Shown piece after piece: positions 10,086-20,120 of a stretch of DNA of 64,000 nt (positions within the stretch are counted from its first letter, which is position 1; every line of letters begins with the position of its first letter). The stretch spans positions 544,001 through 608,000 of the forward strand of contig CAVXXK010000001.1 of assembly GCA_963765675.1 (NCBI GenBank), read 5' to 3'. Position numbers and translations under genes: made by a program. The stretch comes from an uncultured delta proteobacterium (lineage in GTDB: Bacteria; Desulfobacterota; Binatia; Binatales; Binataceae). A model generated the notes under the pieces. That model did no database searches, was not told the origin of the DNA, and saw only the letters and a list, made by a program, of their open reading frames with translations.

Positions 10086-13000
10086 ATGCTTAGACTTCAC
10101 TACTCGAATCGGCTCGAAGGATTGATCGAGCCGCTCGCACACTCGATCACCGAGCAGCAACGGCGCGATCCGCTGCGGAAGATCTCGATCGTCGTACCGA
10201 GCCGAGCCGTCGAGCAGTTCGTGAAGTACCAGGTCGCCGAGCGTCTGGGAGTCGCTGCCAATCTCAGTTTTCCGTTCTTGCGCGCGCGTCTGACCAATGT
10301 TGTACACAGCGCCGACCCTCGGCTCCGCGTGCTCGATGCGAACGCGCTTCAACTCGTCATCTTCAACACTCTGATGAGTCAGAAAAATCGCGCCGGTTCG
10401 GAGCTCTCGCCCGCCTGGAACTACATTGACGCCGGCGGCAGCCGCGGCACTCCCGAGGCGGAGCTGCGAGCCTTCGAGTTGTCAGGACGGGTGGCAAAGC
10501 TGTTCGAAGAATACTCGATTTCGCGCCGCGCGATGCTCGCGCAGTGGAGTAGCGGCCGCGTGACTGCAGCCGGCACTGCAATCGCCGAAAATGAAAATTG
10601 GCAACAGGCTCTATGGCGAATCATCTTCGCGAGCGGCGCCGCGAATCCTGAATGGACTGGCGACGCGGCTCACGACTGGATGCTGCTGCCGGACGCTTTC
10701 GCGCGAATCGGCGACGCGGCACTGGCCGACGCGATGCGCGACGGACTCCTCCACGTGTTCGGACTCGCGTCGCCGGGCCAGGCTTATGCGGAGATTTTCG
10801 CGCGGCTCGGTAAGCTTGGCGCGCTTTCGATATACGCGCTCAATCCATGCCGGGAATTCTGGGAAGACCTGGATACCTCGCGCCGCTCTGCCCGGACTGA
10901 TTGGATCCATCGCGGAAGCCGGATTGGCGCTGATCTCGACACGAGCGAAGATCCATTCGGCCTCGCCGCCGGCGACAATCGCGCGCTCGAGCTTTGGGGC
11001 CGTCCCGGCCGCGAATATATCCGTCTGCTCAATGAGCTCAGCGATTGCGATTTCGAATCGAACTTTATCGACCAGCCCGATGGCAAAGGCGCGTCGCTTC
11101 TTTCGCGTGTTCAGCAAGATATCCTCGACCGCTCGCGCGGTGCTCAACTGCTGGACGCTCCTTCGACGGCAAGCATCAGCTTTCTGGCGTGTCCCGGAAT
11201 CCAGCGCGAGGTCGAGATTGTCGCGAACGGGATCTGGCGGCTCTTGAAGCAGAGCGCATCCGGAAAGAATCCGCTTCGCTTTCACGAAATCGGCGTGCTG
11301 ATTCCGGACACCGAGTGCGAGGCTTACGCGCCCTACATTGAGGCAGTCTTCGCGCGAATCCACGGCATCCCGGTCGAGATCAGCGGACGCAGCGTTGCGC
11401 GCCAAAGCCGCGTCGCCGAAGCAATCAGCCTGCTGCTCAAGCTCCCGCTCGGCCGGTTTACGCGCGCGGATCTGCTGCGCCTCCTGAGGCATCCTGCGCT
11501 CAGTGGCGGAGACCCTACGCTCGACGTTGAACTGTGGGATACCTGGTGCGAAGAGCTGGGAGTTTTCTTCGGCGCCGATGGGGGCGATCCAGCCGCGACC
11601 TATATTCCGCCCAATCTTTTCAATTGGGACCAGGCGCTCAAGCGACTCGCGCTGGGAGCATTCATGTCGGGCGAACGCAGCGGCGACGATCGTTTGTTCG
11701 AATCAGCCGCAATCGGCGCCTTGATGCCGCTAGAGATCGACGAAAGTGAAATCCCCGCGGCGCAGGTGTTCGTCGGCACCGCGCGCGCTCTGCTTGCCGA
11801 CGCGAACGCGATCAGGTCGGCGCGAATGAGCCTCAGCCGATGGGCGCAACTGCTCACGCGGATGATCGAGCGGTACATCATCGCCGACGAGCCCGAAGAT
11901 CGGCAGATGCGCGACCGATGCCTGGCTGCAATTGACGCGATACGTACAGAGGAAATCGAAAGCCCTGAGGTATCCTACGCCGTGGCGGAAGCGATGGCCT
12001 CGGTGCTGATTGAAGAGCTCGGCGCGCGCCAGGTCCGCTTTGCGGGGCATGGAGTAGCGGCAGGCGCGATGGGCACCCTGCACTCAATTCCTTTTCGCGC
12101 GATCTTCGTTATGGGTCTCGGCGAGTCGTTTTTTCCGGCGCGCGATCCTCGCGATCCGCTCGATCTTCGCGGGATCCGGCGCCACGCCGGCGACTTGAGT
12201 CCGACCGATCGCGATCGCTACACGTTCCTCGAATCGATTCTCGCCGCGCGCGAGCAGATCGCGTTCTCGTATGTCGCACGCGACGCGCATACTGGAGACA
12301 CGCTTGAGCCCTCGACGGTAATTCGCGAACTCCAATTCATTCTCCGCTCGTACCTAAAGGAGGACGCCGTCGATGCTCTGACCCTGACCCATCCCGTCAG
12401 CCGTTATGATCTCGCCTACTTCGGAGACCTTGGCGGCGTCGTATCGTCGCTCAACGGGCTCAGCGTCGATAGCGCTGCGCGCCAAGGCGCGCGAATCACG
12501 GCGTTGCGCGAGAATCTGGACCGTTACACCGATGACGCCGCGCGTCTGGACGCGCGCGAGCTGCTGGCAGCGCTCTCGCCCCAAGCGCGCGAGGCTCTGC
12601 GTCCCGATCTGCGGATTCCGAAGATCGATGGAGCGGCCGAGGTCGCGGAGCGCGACGCCGACTTGTATCTGCCGGTCGCTGCGTTACGCAAATTTCTCGA
12701 GTGTCCTGCGCAGGGCGCCGCGCGTTATGCGCTGGGCATGAGCGAAGACGAAGACGCCGACGAAGATATCGTCGACGAACCGGTCGACATGACCAGGCTC
12801 GACCAGGTGATACTGCTGCGCGAGCTGTTTTGGAAGCTGCCGCCGACCGAGGCCGCCGCCGAATCCGAATACGTGCGCGCGGCCGCGCTCGCGCAGATGA
12901 AGGGACGCGCACCGGCAGGTCCAATCGCCGATACATTGCGCGATCAGGACCTGGGTTTGATCCGGGGCTGGACTAAGTCCGCTGAGAAAGCGAATGCCGG

Positions 13001-13682
13001 CAATTTGTCGAAGTGGAAAGAGTTTCGTATCGGCCGCGCCGACGAGCACGCGTCATTGGCGCAAGAGATTCTGCCCTATCTGGTACTCGAAGTGCCGGTG
13101 CGGACGGCGCCCGGCAACATTATCACGCGGCGAGTCAGGCTCTACGGAAGCGTCGGAGTCTTCTCACCCGGATTCGACGCCGCGTTGCAATGCCTCACGC
13201 GCAAGGACGCCAAGGCCAAACATTTCCTGCCCCTGTTCCTGAACGCGATTGTGCTCAAAGCGGCGGGCGAGCCAGTTGCAAAAAAGTTCAGAGCGATCCT
13301 GGTGAGCGCCGGGGCCGAGAGCGAAAAGCCGCCTCTGTGGATCAGAACGCTGCGCGTGCCAGAACAGAATCAGACGGTCGAGTATCTCACAACACTCGTC
13401 AGTGATCTGCTTTCCGGGCCGCACGATTATTTCCTTCCAGTCGAAGGGGCGGAAGAAGTTTACAAGTTGTCGCGAAAAGGCAGCGGCGCGGAAGAAGCCG
13501 TGTCGGCGCTCGAAGAAATGCGCGATCAGGAACGTGACCGTGGGTTACCCAGCTCCGCGTATGGACCTGTGCGCCGATGGCGCGAACTCGAACTGCCTGG
13601 CGCGCAAGGAGTCTTCGAGCTCGTGAATCGCCGCTTCGGGCCGACCAGGTCGCTGTTCGACGATGAGGACGCGGGCGAATGA
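10086..13682 (+). CDS. recC: exodeoxyribonuclease V subunit gamma
   Basis: N-terminal LHYSNRLEGL; NPCREFWED; LELWGRPGREY; REVEIV; C-terminal inactive nuclease-like LRKFLECP; start taken at ATG 10086. Confidence 0.93.
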   Translation: MLRLHYSNRLEGLIEPLAHSITEQQRRDPLRKISIVVPSRAVEQFVKYQVAERLGVAANLSFPFLRARLTNVVHSADPRLRVLDANALQLVIFNTLMSQKNRAGSELSPAWNYIDAGGSRGTPEAELRAFELSGRVAKLFEEYSISRRAMLAQWSSGRVTAAGTAIAENENWQQALWRIIFASGAANPEWTGDAAHDWMLLPDAFARIGDAALADAMRDGLLHVFGLASPGQAYAEIFARLGKLGALSIYALNPCREFWEDLDTSRRSARTDWIHRGSRIGADLDTSEDPFGLAAGDNRALELWGRPGREYIRLLNELSDCDFESNFIDQPDGKGASLLSRVQQDILDRSRGAQLLDAPSTASISFLACPGIQREVEIVANGIWRLLKQSASGKNPLRFHEIGVLIPDTECEAYAPYIEAVFARIHGIPVEISGRSVARQSRVAEAISLLLKLPLGRFTRADLLRLLRHPALSGGDPTLDVELWDTWCEELGVFFGADGGDPAATYIPPNLFNWDQALKRLALGAFMSGERSGDDRLFESAAIGALMPLEIDESEIPAAQVFVGTARALLADANAIRSARMSLSRWAQLLTRMIERYIIADEPEDRQMRDRCLAAIDAIRTEEIESPEVSYAVAEAMASVLIEELGARQVRFAGHGVAAGAMGTLHSIPFRAIFVMGLGESFFPARDPRDPLDLRGIRRHAGDLSPTDRDRYTFLESILAAREQIAFSYVARDAHTGDTLEPSTVIRELQFILRSYLKEDAVDALTLTHPVSRYDLAYFGDLGGVVSSLNGLSVDSAARQGARITALRENLDRYTDDAARLDARELLAALSPQAREALRPDLRIPKIDGAAEVAERDADLYLPVAALRKFLECPAQGAARYALGMSEDEDADEDIVDEPVDMTRLDQVILLRELFWKLPPTEAAAESEYVRAAALAQMKGRAPAGPIADTLRDQDLGLIRGWTKSAEKANAGNLSKWKEFRIGRADEHASLAQEILPYLVLEVPVRTAPGNIITRRVRLYGSVGVFSPGFDAALQCLTRKDAKAKHFLPLFLNAIVLKAAGEPVAKKFRAILVSAGAESEKPPLWIRTLRVPEQNQTVEYLTTLVSDLLSGPHDYFLPVEGAEEVYKLSRKGSGAEEAVSALEEMRDQERDRGLPSSAYGPVRRWRELELPGAQGVFELVNRRFGPTRSLFDDEDAGE

Positions 13683-16600
13683 ACGGCGCGATATATATCC
13701 GTCCCTCCGTCATCGACAAAATCGGACTCGGCACGCATCGCGTGATCGAGGCCAGTGCCGGCACCGGCAAGACCTTCACGCTCGAGCATCTGATTGTCGA
13801 GTTGCTGATTCGCGGAGAAGCGAAGCTCGATCAAATCCTGGCCGTCACCTTCACTCAGCGCGCGACCGCGGAGCTGCGCGCTCGCGTTCGCGCCGCGATC
13901 GATCGCGCTCTGCGCGCGGCGTATGCAGACGATAAAGCAATCAAATCGGCGTTCCCCGGCATCGACCTTGTTGCGCCGCTCGAGGCGGCGCTGTTTTCTT
14001 TCGAGCGTGCGCCGATTCACACGATTCACAGTTTCTGCCAGCGAGTCCTGACTGAACTCGCATTCGATACTGGCGCGAGGTTCGGGACCGAGGCCGCCGA
14101 TGGACGCGCTTTGTTCCACGAGGCGTTCCGCGCGGTGTTGCGCGAAAAAAGAATAGCTAGCGCCGAATACTCCGAGCCCCTTGAGAAATGGATTAAGGAT
14201 TCGGGCAAGCCGGTTGACGACCTCGAGAAGATGCTCTTCGAGGTGAACAGCAATCATTATGATCCGGAAAATGGCGCAACGGCGGCGTCGATCGAATCTC
14301 GGCTGGCCAACCTGTTCCTGCCGCCGATGCGCGAATGGCTGAGCGCGGAAAAGTTCCGCCGCGGCGTGATCGACTATGACGACATGCTCGAACGTGTTCA
14401 TCAGGCGCTCGAGGACGACACGGACGGCAGGCTCGCTGCGGCGCTGCGCGCGCGGTACTGCTTCGCTCTGATCGACGAGTTCCAGGACACCGACCAAATC
14501 CAGTGGGCAATCTTCCGCAAAATCTTTGTCGACGGAGATACGCAGAGCGCCTTGTATCTGATCGGCGATCCCAAGCAGGCAATCTATTCATTTCGGGGCG
14601 CCGATGTTCACGCTTACATGCGGGCGCGCGACAAAATTGCCGCGCCGCCGAATGATCCGATTGCGCTGACCGAGAATTTTCGCTCGACCGCACCGATGAT
14701 CGCCGCGGTCAACGCGATTTTGGATCAGAACGCGAATCCACCGCTGTTCAACAGCACGATCAAATATCAGAACCCGGTCTTCTGCGGGCGCGAAGATCTG
14801 TGTGCTAAGGCGGGTGGCAAAGAGCTGACACCGATCACGCTGATTACGGCGAAACACGACGCGAAATATAAGGCGGCGGCCCTGAGGCGGATGCTCGCGT
14901 GCCGGATCGCCGCGACGATCAAGGCGATCGTGAATGACCCTGACTCGGCGATCACCGTCACTGACGGCGCGAAGTCCGGACCGGCGGTCACGTACGGAGA
15001 TATTTTTATTCTGACCAACACTAACGCCGAAGGAATCAAACTTGCCGAGTATCTCCGCGCCGAAGGCGTCCCGTATGCATTCTACAAACGCGAAGGATTG
15101 TTCCAGACCGATGAGGCGCGCGATGTTCTCGACATGCTGCGAGCCGTCGCCGCGCCTAACAATCGATCGCATCGCCTGAAGGCGTGGGCGACGCCGTTCT
15201 TCGCCATCCCGATGCGCGAGCTCGCAAAGTTGGATGAGCCGGCACCTTCCGATCCACTGATGGCGCGATTGGCGAAGTGGCACGGGCTCGCGAAGGAGGG
15301 AGATCTCGCGGAGTTGTTCGACTCGCTGCTCGAAGAGAGCGGCCTGGCGGCGCGCCAACTGTTTGGGGCACCAAATCTCCGCGAGCTTACCAACTACGAA
15401 CACCTCTTCGAGTTGATCCTCACTGAATCGCTCAGGGAAGGATGGTCGATCGCGGAAATTATCGATCGTCTCGGCGCTTACGTCGGCGAGTATCGGCTGC
15501 CGTCGGGCGAGGATCCTAATCTCATGCGGCTCGAAAGCGAACGCGCGGCGGTCCAGATCATGACGATTCACAAAGCCAAAGGGCTCGAAGCGCGAGTCGT
15601 TTTTCTCTTCGGCGGTTTCTTCGCGAACAACAGTCCGCGTCCGGTGAAGATTTATCATGACCAGGAAAGCGTTCGCCGCCTCGCTATCGGCAGCGCCGCG
15701 CAGCTCATGGAACGCGGGCCGATCAAGCAAGACGAGGCCGAAGAGGATCAGCGGCTGCTGTACGTAGCGATCACGCGCGCACGCGCAAAACTTTATCTCC
15801 CTTATTTTCCAACCAGACCCGGAAAACTTGATCTGTCCGGAAGATACAAGCAGCTGAATGATCGACTGCGCGCCATGGACGCGGCCGGACAGCTTGCAGC
15901 GCCTCTGTTCGAGACCGTTGCGCTGGAAATGGAGCCACGCGAGATCAGCGCGAACGCAAATCCGATCAGCGGATGGCGGCCTCCGGCAAGCCTGCTCGCG
16001 GACCCGAGCGCCGTAAAACTCGAAAGCGAGCTCGCGACCCTAGCACACAGATGCGCCGCGCTTTCGACAGTATCGTACACGTCGTTAAATCGCCGCGCCG
16101 TACCGGAACTCGATCTGAGCGAATACAAGGAACCTATCGCCGAGGCTCCAGGGACCGCATCGGAGCCCGCTGGAGGCGCCGCGGCCGGAATCTTTCTGCA
16201 CGAGACGATCGAAAAGCTCGATCTGAAAGCTCTGGCCGTCGCACGCGATCTTGCTTCATGGAGCGCGCTCGACGAGGTTCGCGAGCTGTTCGATTCCGCA
16301 CTGCGGCGTCATCAGGTGCCTGAACGCGAGCGCTGGATGATCCGCGGCCCGGAGCTCGTCTTCAACACCCTGCGATCGCCAATCGCGGCTGGAGCCACGA
16401 ACATCCCCGCACTGGCCGGATGCGAGTCCTCGCGCGAGATGGAGTTCACGTTTCCGATACCCGAGGCCGGGCACGGCCTGCTCGCTTCCGCGCGGGCGAA
16501 TGACGCCGCGCGATGGCGAATCGAGCGGGGCGTGTATGTTGGATTCGTGGATTTCGTTTTCCGCCACGAAGATCGCGTCTACTTCGCCGACTGGAAGAGC

Positions 16601-18928
16601 GACCTGCTCGACTCGTACGAACCCGACTCGGTCGCGCAGCACGCGCGGAATAATTACAGTCTGCAGGCAAAAATCTACACCATCGGCGTTACGCGCCTGC
16701 TTGGCATTCACACCGAGGCGGAGTACGAGGCCGGGTTCGGCGGCTTGCTCTACCTGTTTATTCGGGGCATCACGCCCCGCGGCGGCGGAAATCGTGGTGT
16801 CTACTTTTATCGTCCGCCTTGGGCCGAAGTGGTGCGCGCAGAAGGCGAGCTGATGCGGCCGTTTCGAAATGGTGGGCAACCGATGAAGCCCCTTTATTCT
16901 CTGCTCGGAATGGACACGGCCACTCAGCGCAGCGCCCGTGCGGAGCGCGCCGCTACGCAGTTCGAAACCGACATGGCGCGTCTTCGCGCGTCGGTCGCCG
17001 AACTCAATCTCGATCCCGGCACGGTGCATCTGGCGGCGGAAATCGCAGCGCTCGAGCCCGCCTTCGAGCTGGACGACAGCGCGCGGTTCGCGCTGATTGT
17101 GCTGATTGTCCTGTCGCTGGCCGCCGTCGCTGAGGGCAACACGCGATTTCCCGTGAGCGGCGATGAATCGAAACAACCGCTGGAGCGGATGCTTTCCGCC
17201 CTGATGGCGCCGCCTTTCGACGATTTCACGCGCGAGCGGGTCGAGCAGAAAATCGCGGAGATTCTCGCCGCTGATAGCGCGCCTGCGGTAATCGGACGAA
17301 GTCCCGACTCGCGCCGTCCGCTGCTTTATCTGAAGCCGTATCTTTACCACGAGCGAATCTACCGCGCCGAGCAAAGACTTGCCGAACGCCTGGCGGCGTT
17401 GGTGGACATCGATGGCGAGCCAAACATGCCGGCGATCGCAAAGTCACTTGCGGATGTGGTTGCTCGTCCGGCGATGATCGCCGGCACCGCAGCGGTTCTT
17501 TCTGACGAACAACGCCGGGCGGTCGGAATCGGCGCGAGTTCGCGGCTTGCGATAATTTCTGGCGGCCCGGGAACTGGCAAGACTTCGATAATCGCGGCGA
17601 TCCTGCGGGTGCTGGTGCGCGTTGGGATTGATCCCGCGGCCGTCGCACTGGCCGCTCCAACCGGGAAGGCCGCCTACCGGATGAGTGAGTCGATCCGCAG
17701 CACGATCGGATCGATCGAAAATCCGGCTCCAGAAGATTCCACGCTCGCCGCCGCGATTCCTGCTGCGTCCACGATTCATCGCTTGCTCGGGTTTTCGAGC
17801 ACACGAAGATCTTTTATTCATCATCGCGGCAATCCGCTCGACGCGTCGGTCGTAATCGTCGATGAGGCGTCGATGCTCGATCTGACGTTGATGGATCATT
17901 TGACCGGGGCGCTTCGGCCGCAGGCGCGCCTGGTGATTGTCGGTGACGCCGATCAGTTGCCGTCGGTTGCCGCGGGCGCGGTGCTGCGCGATCTGATGCC
18001 GGCAGCGGAACCGGCCGCATCCGCCGCTATGGCGGGAGTAAGCGCAACGCTCAGCAAGAACTATCGCGCGAGGGCCGAGGACACGGGCGGAGCGGCGATC
18101 GCAATGGCGGCGCGGCAAATCAACGAGGGGCGCGCGGATCTGATCTCGGCCGCCGACAGTCCGGTAGTCAGGAGGGCGACTGCAGCCGAGATCGCGTTTT
18201 CCGGCGTCGAGCTCGTCACCGGCGCGTCGGAGTCACTGCCGGAATTTCTGTCGTTATTCGCGCGGAAACAAATCGAGTCCGATGAGTACGCTGCGATGGC
18301 GCAGGAAAATTATACGTTCGAAGACGGTGCGTTCAGCGCCGAGGACGCGGCGACAATAGCGCGGATGCTCGCGCATCTGGCGCGAGCCAGGATCCTTTGC
18401 GTGACACGGATTGGACGTTGCGGCGCCGACGCGATCAACGCGCGGATGCATCGCGCTGCGCCGGGCCGCAGCATTCCGCCCGAGCGCGGCGCGATGATCG
18501 CGGGCGAGCCGGTGATTGTTATGCGCAACGACTACGATCACATGCTGTTCAACGGCGATCAGGGCGTGCTGGTGAACCTTGCCGAGCGCGGTGGACGCCG
18601 CTCGCTCGCGGCAGTGTTCACGCGAGAGACGGGCCTTGCCGCGTTTCGAATCGAAATGCTGTCGGACGCGATCGATCTGTGCTACGCGATGACGGTGCAT
18701 AAGGCGCAAGGCTCGGAGTTCGATTGCGTCGCGCTGATTCTGCCCGAGCGCGACATGCCGCTGCTCTCGCGCGAGACGATCTACACGGCAGTCAGCCGCA
18801 GCCGGCGATCATGCGTGATCTTTGGCGACAAGGATCTGCTCGAACAAGCCGTGGCGCGGCGTAGCGAACGGTTCTCCGGACTCGCGCAGGCGATCGAGCG
18901 CTATCGTGCCGGTAATACCGGCGGCTGA
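13679..18928 (+). CDS. recB: RecB helicase-nuclease (aa 1-1068) read in frame with RecD helicase (from ATG 16883): apparent RecB-RecD fusion
   Basis: RecB: EASAGTGKT, LIDEFQDTD, GDPKQAIYSFRGAD, MTIHKAKGLE, nuclease VDFVF..FADWKS..YSLQAKIY. RecD: GGPGTGKT, AAPTGKAA, TIHRLLG, VDEASM, GDADQLPSV, TVHKAQGSEF. Confidence 0.9.
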   Translation: MNGAIYIRPSVIDKIGLGTHRVIEASAGTGKTFTLEHLIVELLIRGEAKLDQILAVTFTQRATAELRARVRAAIDRALRAAYADDKAIKSAFPGIDLVAPLEAALFSFERAPIHTIHSFCQRVLTELAFDTGARFGTEAADGRALFHEAFRAVLREKRIASAEYSEPLEKWIKDSGKPVDDLEKMLFEVNSNHYDPENGATAASIESRLANLFLPPMREWLSAEKFRRGVIDYDDMLERVHQALEDDTDGRLAAALRARYCFALIDEFQDTDQIQWAIFRKIFVDGDTQSALYLIGDPKQAIYSFRGADVHAYMRARDKIAAPPNDPIALTENFRSTAPMIAAVNAILDQNANPPLFNSTIKYQNPVFCGREDLCAKAGGKELTPITLITAKHDAKYKAAALRRMLACRIAATIKAIVNDPDSAITVTDGAKSGPAVTYGDIFILTNTNAEGIKLAEYLRAEGVPYAFYKREGLFQTDEARDVLDMLRAVAAPNNRSHRLKAWATPFFAIPMRELAKLDEPAPSDPLMARLAKWHGLAKEGDLAELFDSLLEESGLAARQLFGAPNLRELTNYEHLFELILTESLREGWSIAEIIDRLGAYVGEYRLPSGEDPNLMRLESERAAVQIMTIHKAKGLEARVVFLFGGFFANNSPRPVKIYHDQESVRRLAIGSAAQLMERGPIKQDEAEEDQRLLYVAITRARAKLYLPYFPTRPGKLDLSGRYKQLNDRLRAMDAAGQLAAPLFETVALEMEPREISANANPISGWRPPASLLADPSAVKLESELATLAHRCAALSTVSYTSLNRRAVPELDLSEYKEPIAEAPGTASEPAGGAAAGIFLHETIEKLDLKALAVARDLASWSALDEVRELFDSALRRHQVPERERWMIRGPELVFNTLRSPIAAGATNIPALAGCESSREMEFTFPIPEAGHGLLASARANDAARWRIERGVYVGFVDFVFRHEDRVYFADWKSDLLDSYEPDSVAQHARNNYSLQAKIYTIGVTRLLGIHTEAEYEAGFGGLLYLFIRGITPRGGGNRGVYFYRPPWAEVVRAEGELMRPFRNGGQPMKPLYSLLGMDTATQRSARAERAATQFETDMARLRASVAELNLDPGTVHLAAEIAALEPAFELDDSARFALIVLIVLSLAAVAEGNTRFPVSGDESKQPLERMLSALMAPPFDDFTRERVEQKIAEILAADSAPAVIGRSPDSRRPLLYLKPYLYHERIYRAEQRLAERLAALVDIDGEPNMPAIAKSLADVVARPAMIAGTAAVLSDEQRRAVGIGASSRLAIISGGPGTGKTSIIAAILRVLVRVGIDPAAVALAAPTGKAAYRMSESIRSTIGSIENPAPEDSTLAAAIPAASTIHRLLGFSSTRRSFIHHRGNPLDASVVIVDEASMLDLTLMDHLTGALRPQARLVIVGDADQLPSVAAGAVLRDLMPAAEPAASAAMAGVSATLSKNYRARAEDTGGAAIAMAARQINEGRADLISAADSPVVRRATAAEIAFSGVELVTGASESLPEFLSLFARKQIESDEYAAMAQENYTFEDGAFSAEDAATIARMLAHLARARILCVTRIGRCGADAINARMHRAAPGRSIPPERGAMIAGEPVIVMRNDYDHMLFNGDQGVLVNLAERGGRRSLAAVFTRETGLAAFRIEMLSDAIDLCYAMTVHKAQGSEFDCVALILPERDMPLLSRETIYTAVSRSRRSCVIFGDKDLLEQAVARRSERFSGLAQAIERYRAGNTGG

Positions 18929-19016
18929 ATCACGTTCAAATGAAGTAGCCGTCCATTTTTCGCGGACGGCGGCGAACTGCCCAAATAAAAAGGCGTCGTC
19001 GCGGACGCGGGCGTAC

Positions 19017-19022
19017 TATAAT
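19017..19022 (+). promoter_or_regulatory. putative -10 element of the gnd-zwf operon
   Basis: Perfect TATAAT ending 37 bp before the gnd ATG; GGGAG SD-like sequence follows. Confidence 0.5.
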
Positions 19023-19059
19023 CAAGACGCGTGATTACTCGACGAAGGGAGAATTTTTA

Positions 19060-20079
19060 ATGCAGGTGGGAATGATCGGATTAGGCAGAATGGGCGCGAA
19101 CATGGTCAAACGGCTGATTCGCGCCGGCCATCAATGCGTGGTTTTCGACGTGAGCCAGGACTCGGTGAAGGCGCTGGTGAAGGAAGGCGCGACGGGCGCA
19201 ACATCGATGGACGATTTCGTCGCCAAACTGACCAAACCGCGCGCGACATGGATGATGGTTCCGGCGGCGGTGGTGGAGAGCACCGTCGACGAGCTGAGCA
19301 AGCGTTTCGAACGCGGCGACATAATCGTCGACGGCGGTAACTCGTACTATGTCGATGACATCCGCCGGGCTAAGACGCTGACCGCCAAGGGAATCCACTA
19401 CGTCGATTCCGGAACCAGCGGAGGCGTGTGGGGCTTTGAGCGCGGTTACTGCCAGATGATCGGCGGCGAGGCCGGTGTGATAAAGCACCTCGATCCGATT
19501 TTCGCTGCGCTGGCGCCGCCGATGGACAGCGCACCACGCACCGAGGGGCGCGACAAGGTCAAGAACAGCACCGCCGAGCACGGTTACCTGCATTGCGGCG
19601 CCAACGGCGCCGGACATTTCGTCAAGATGGTGCATAACGGAATCGAGTACGGGATCATGGCGGCATACGCCGAGGGCCTGAACATTCTGCATCACGCCAA
19701 CATCGGGAAAACCAAGGGCGCGTCCGATGCCGAGACCACGCCGCTGCGCAATCCGGAGCTGTATCAGTACGACATGAACCTCACCGATATAACCGAGCTA
19801 TGGCGGCGCGGCAGCGTGATCTCGTCGTGGCTGCTCGATTTGACCGCGACCGCGCTGCTCGGCGATCCGGAGCTCAAGAAGTTCGCGGGCCGCGTATCGG
19901 ACTCGGGTGAAGGGCGATGGACTATCGACGCGGCGATCGACGAGGGCGTGCCGGCCAATGTTCTGACCTCAGCGCTGTTCGAGCGCTTCAGTTCACGCGG
20001 TGCGGCCGACTTTGCCGACAAGCTCTTGTCCGCGATGCGCTATGAGTTTGGCGGCCATCTCGAAAAGCCCGGTAAATAA
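19060..20079 (+). CDS. gnd: 6-phosphogluconate dehydrogenase (decarboxylating, short form)
   Basis: GLGRMG Rossmann motif, [32 protein letters not shown]. Confidence 0.95.
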   Translation: MQVGMIGLGRMGANMVKRLIRAGHQCVVFDVSQDSVKALVKEGATGATSMDDFVAKLTKPRATWMMVPAAVVESTVDELSKRFERGDIIVDGGNSYYVDDIRRAKTLTAKGIHYVDSGTSGGVWGFERGYCQMIGGEAGVIKHLDPIFAALAPPMDSAPRTEGRDKVKNSTAEHGYLHCGANGAGHFVKMVHNGIEYGIMAAYAEGLNILHHANIGKTKGASDAETTPLRNPELYQYDMNLTDITELWRRGSVISSWLLDLTATALLGDPELKKFAGRVSDSGEGRWTIDAAIDEGVPANVLTSALFERFSSRGAADFADKLLSAMRYEFGGHLEKPGK

Positions 20080-20120
20080 GAACGAGCCGCGCCCGGAATC
20101 ACCCAGGCAAAGGAATCTCG

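Noticed and set aside
19001-19022. A second WYL-type promoter before gnd
   Set aside because: TATAAT is present but the position 10 nt upstream reads GCGGAC, not TGTC
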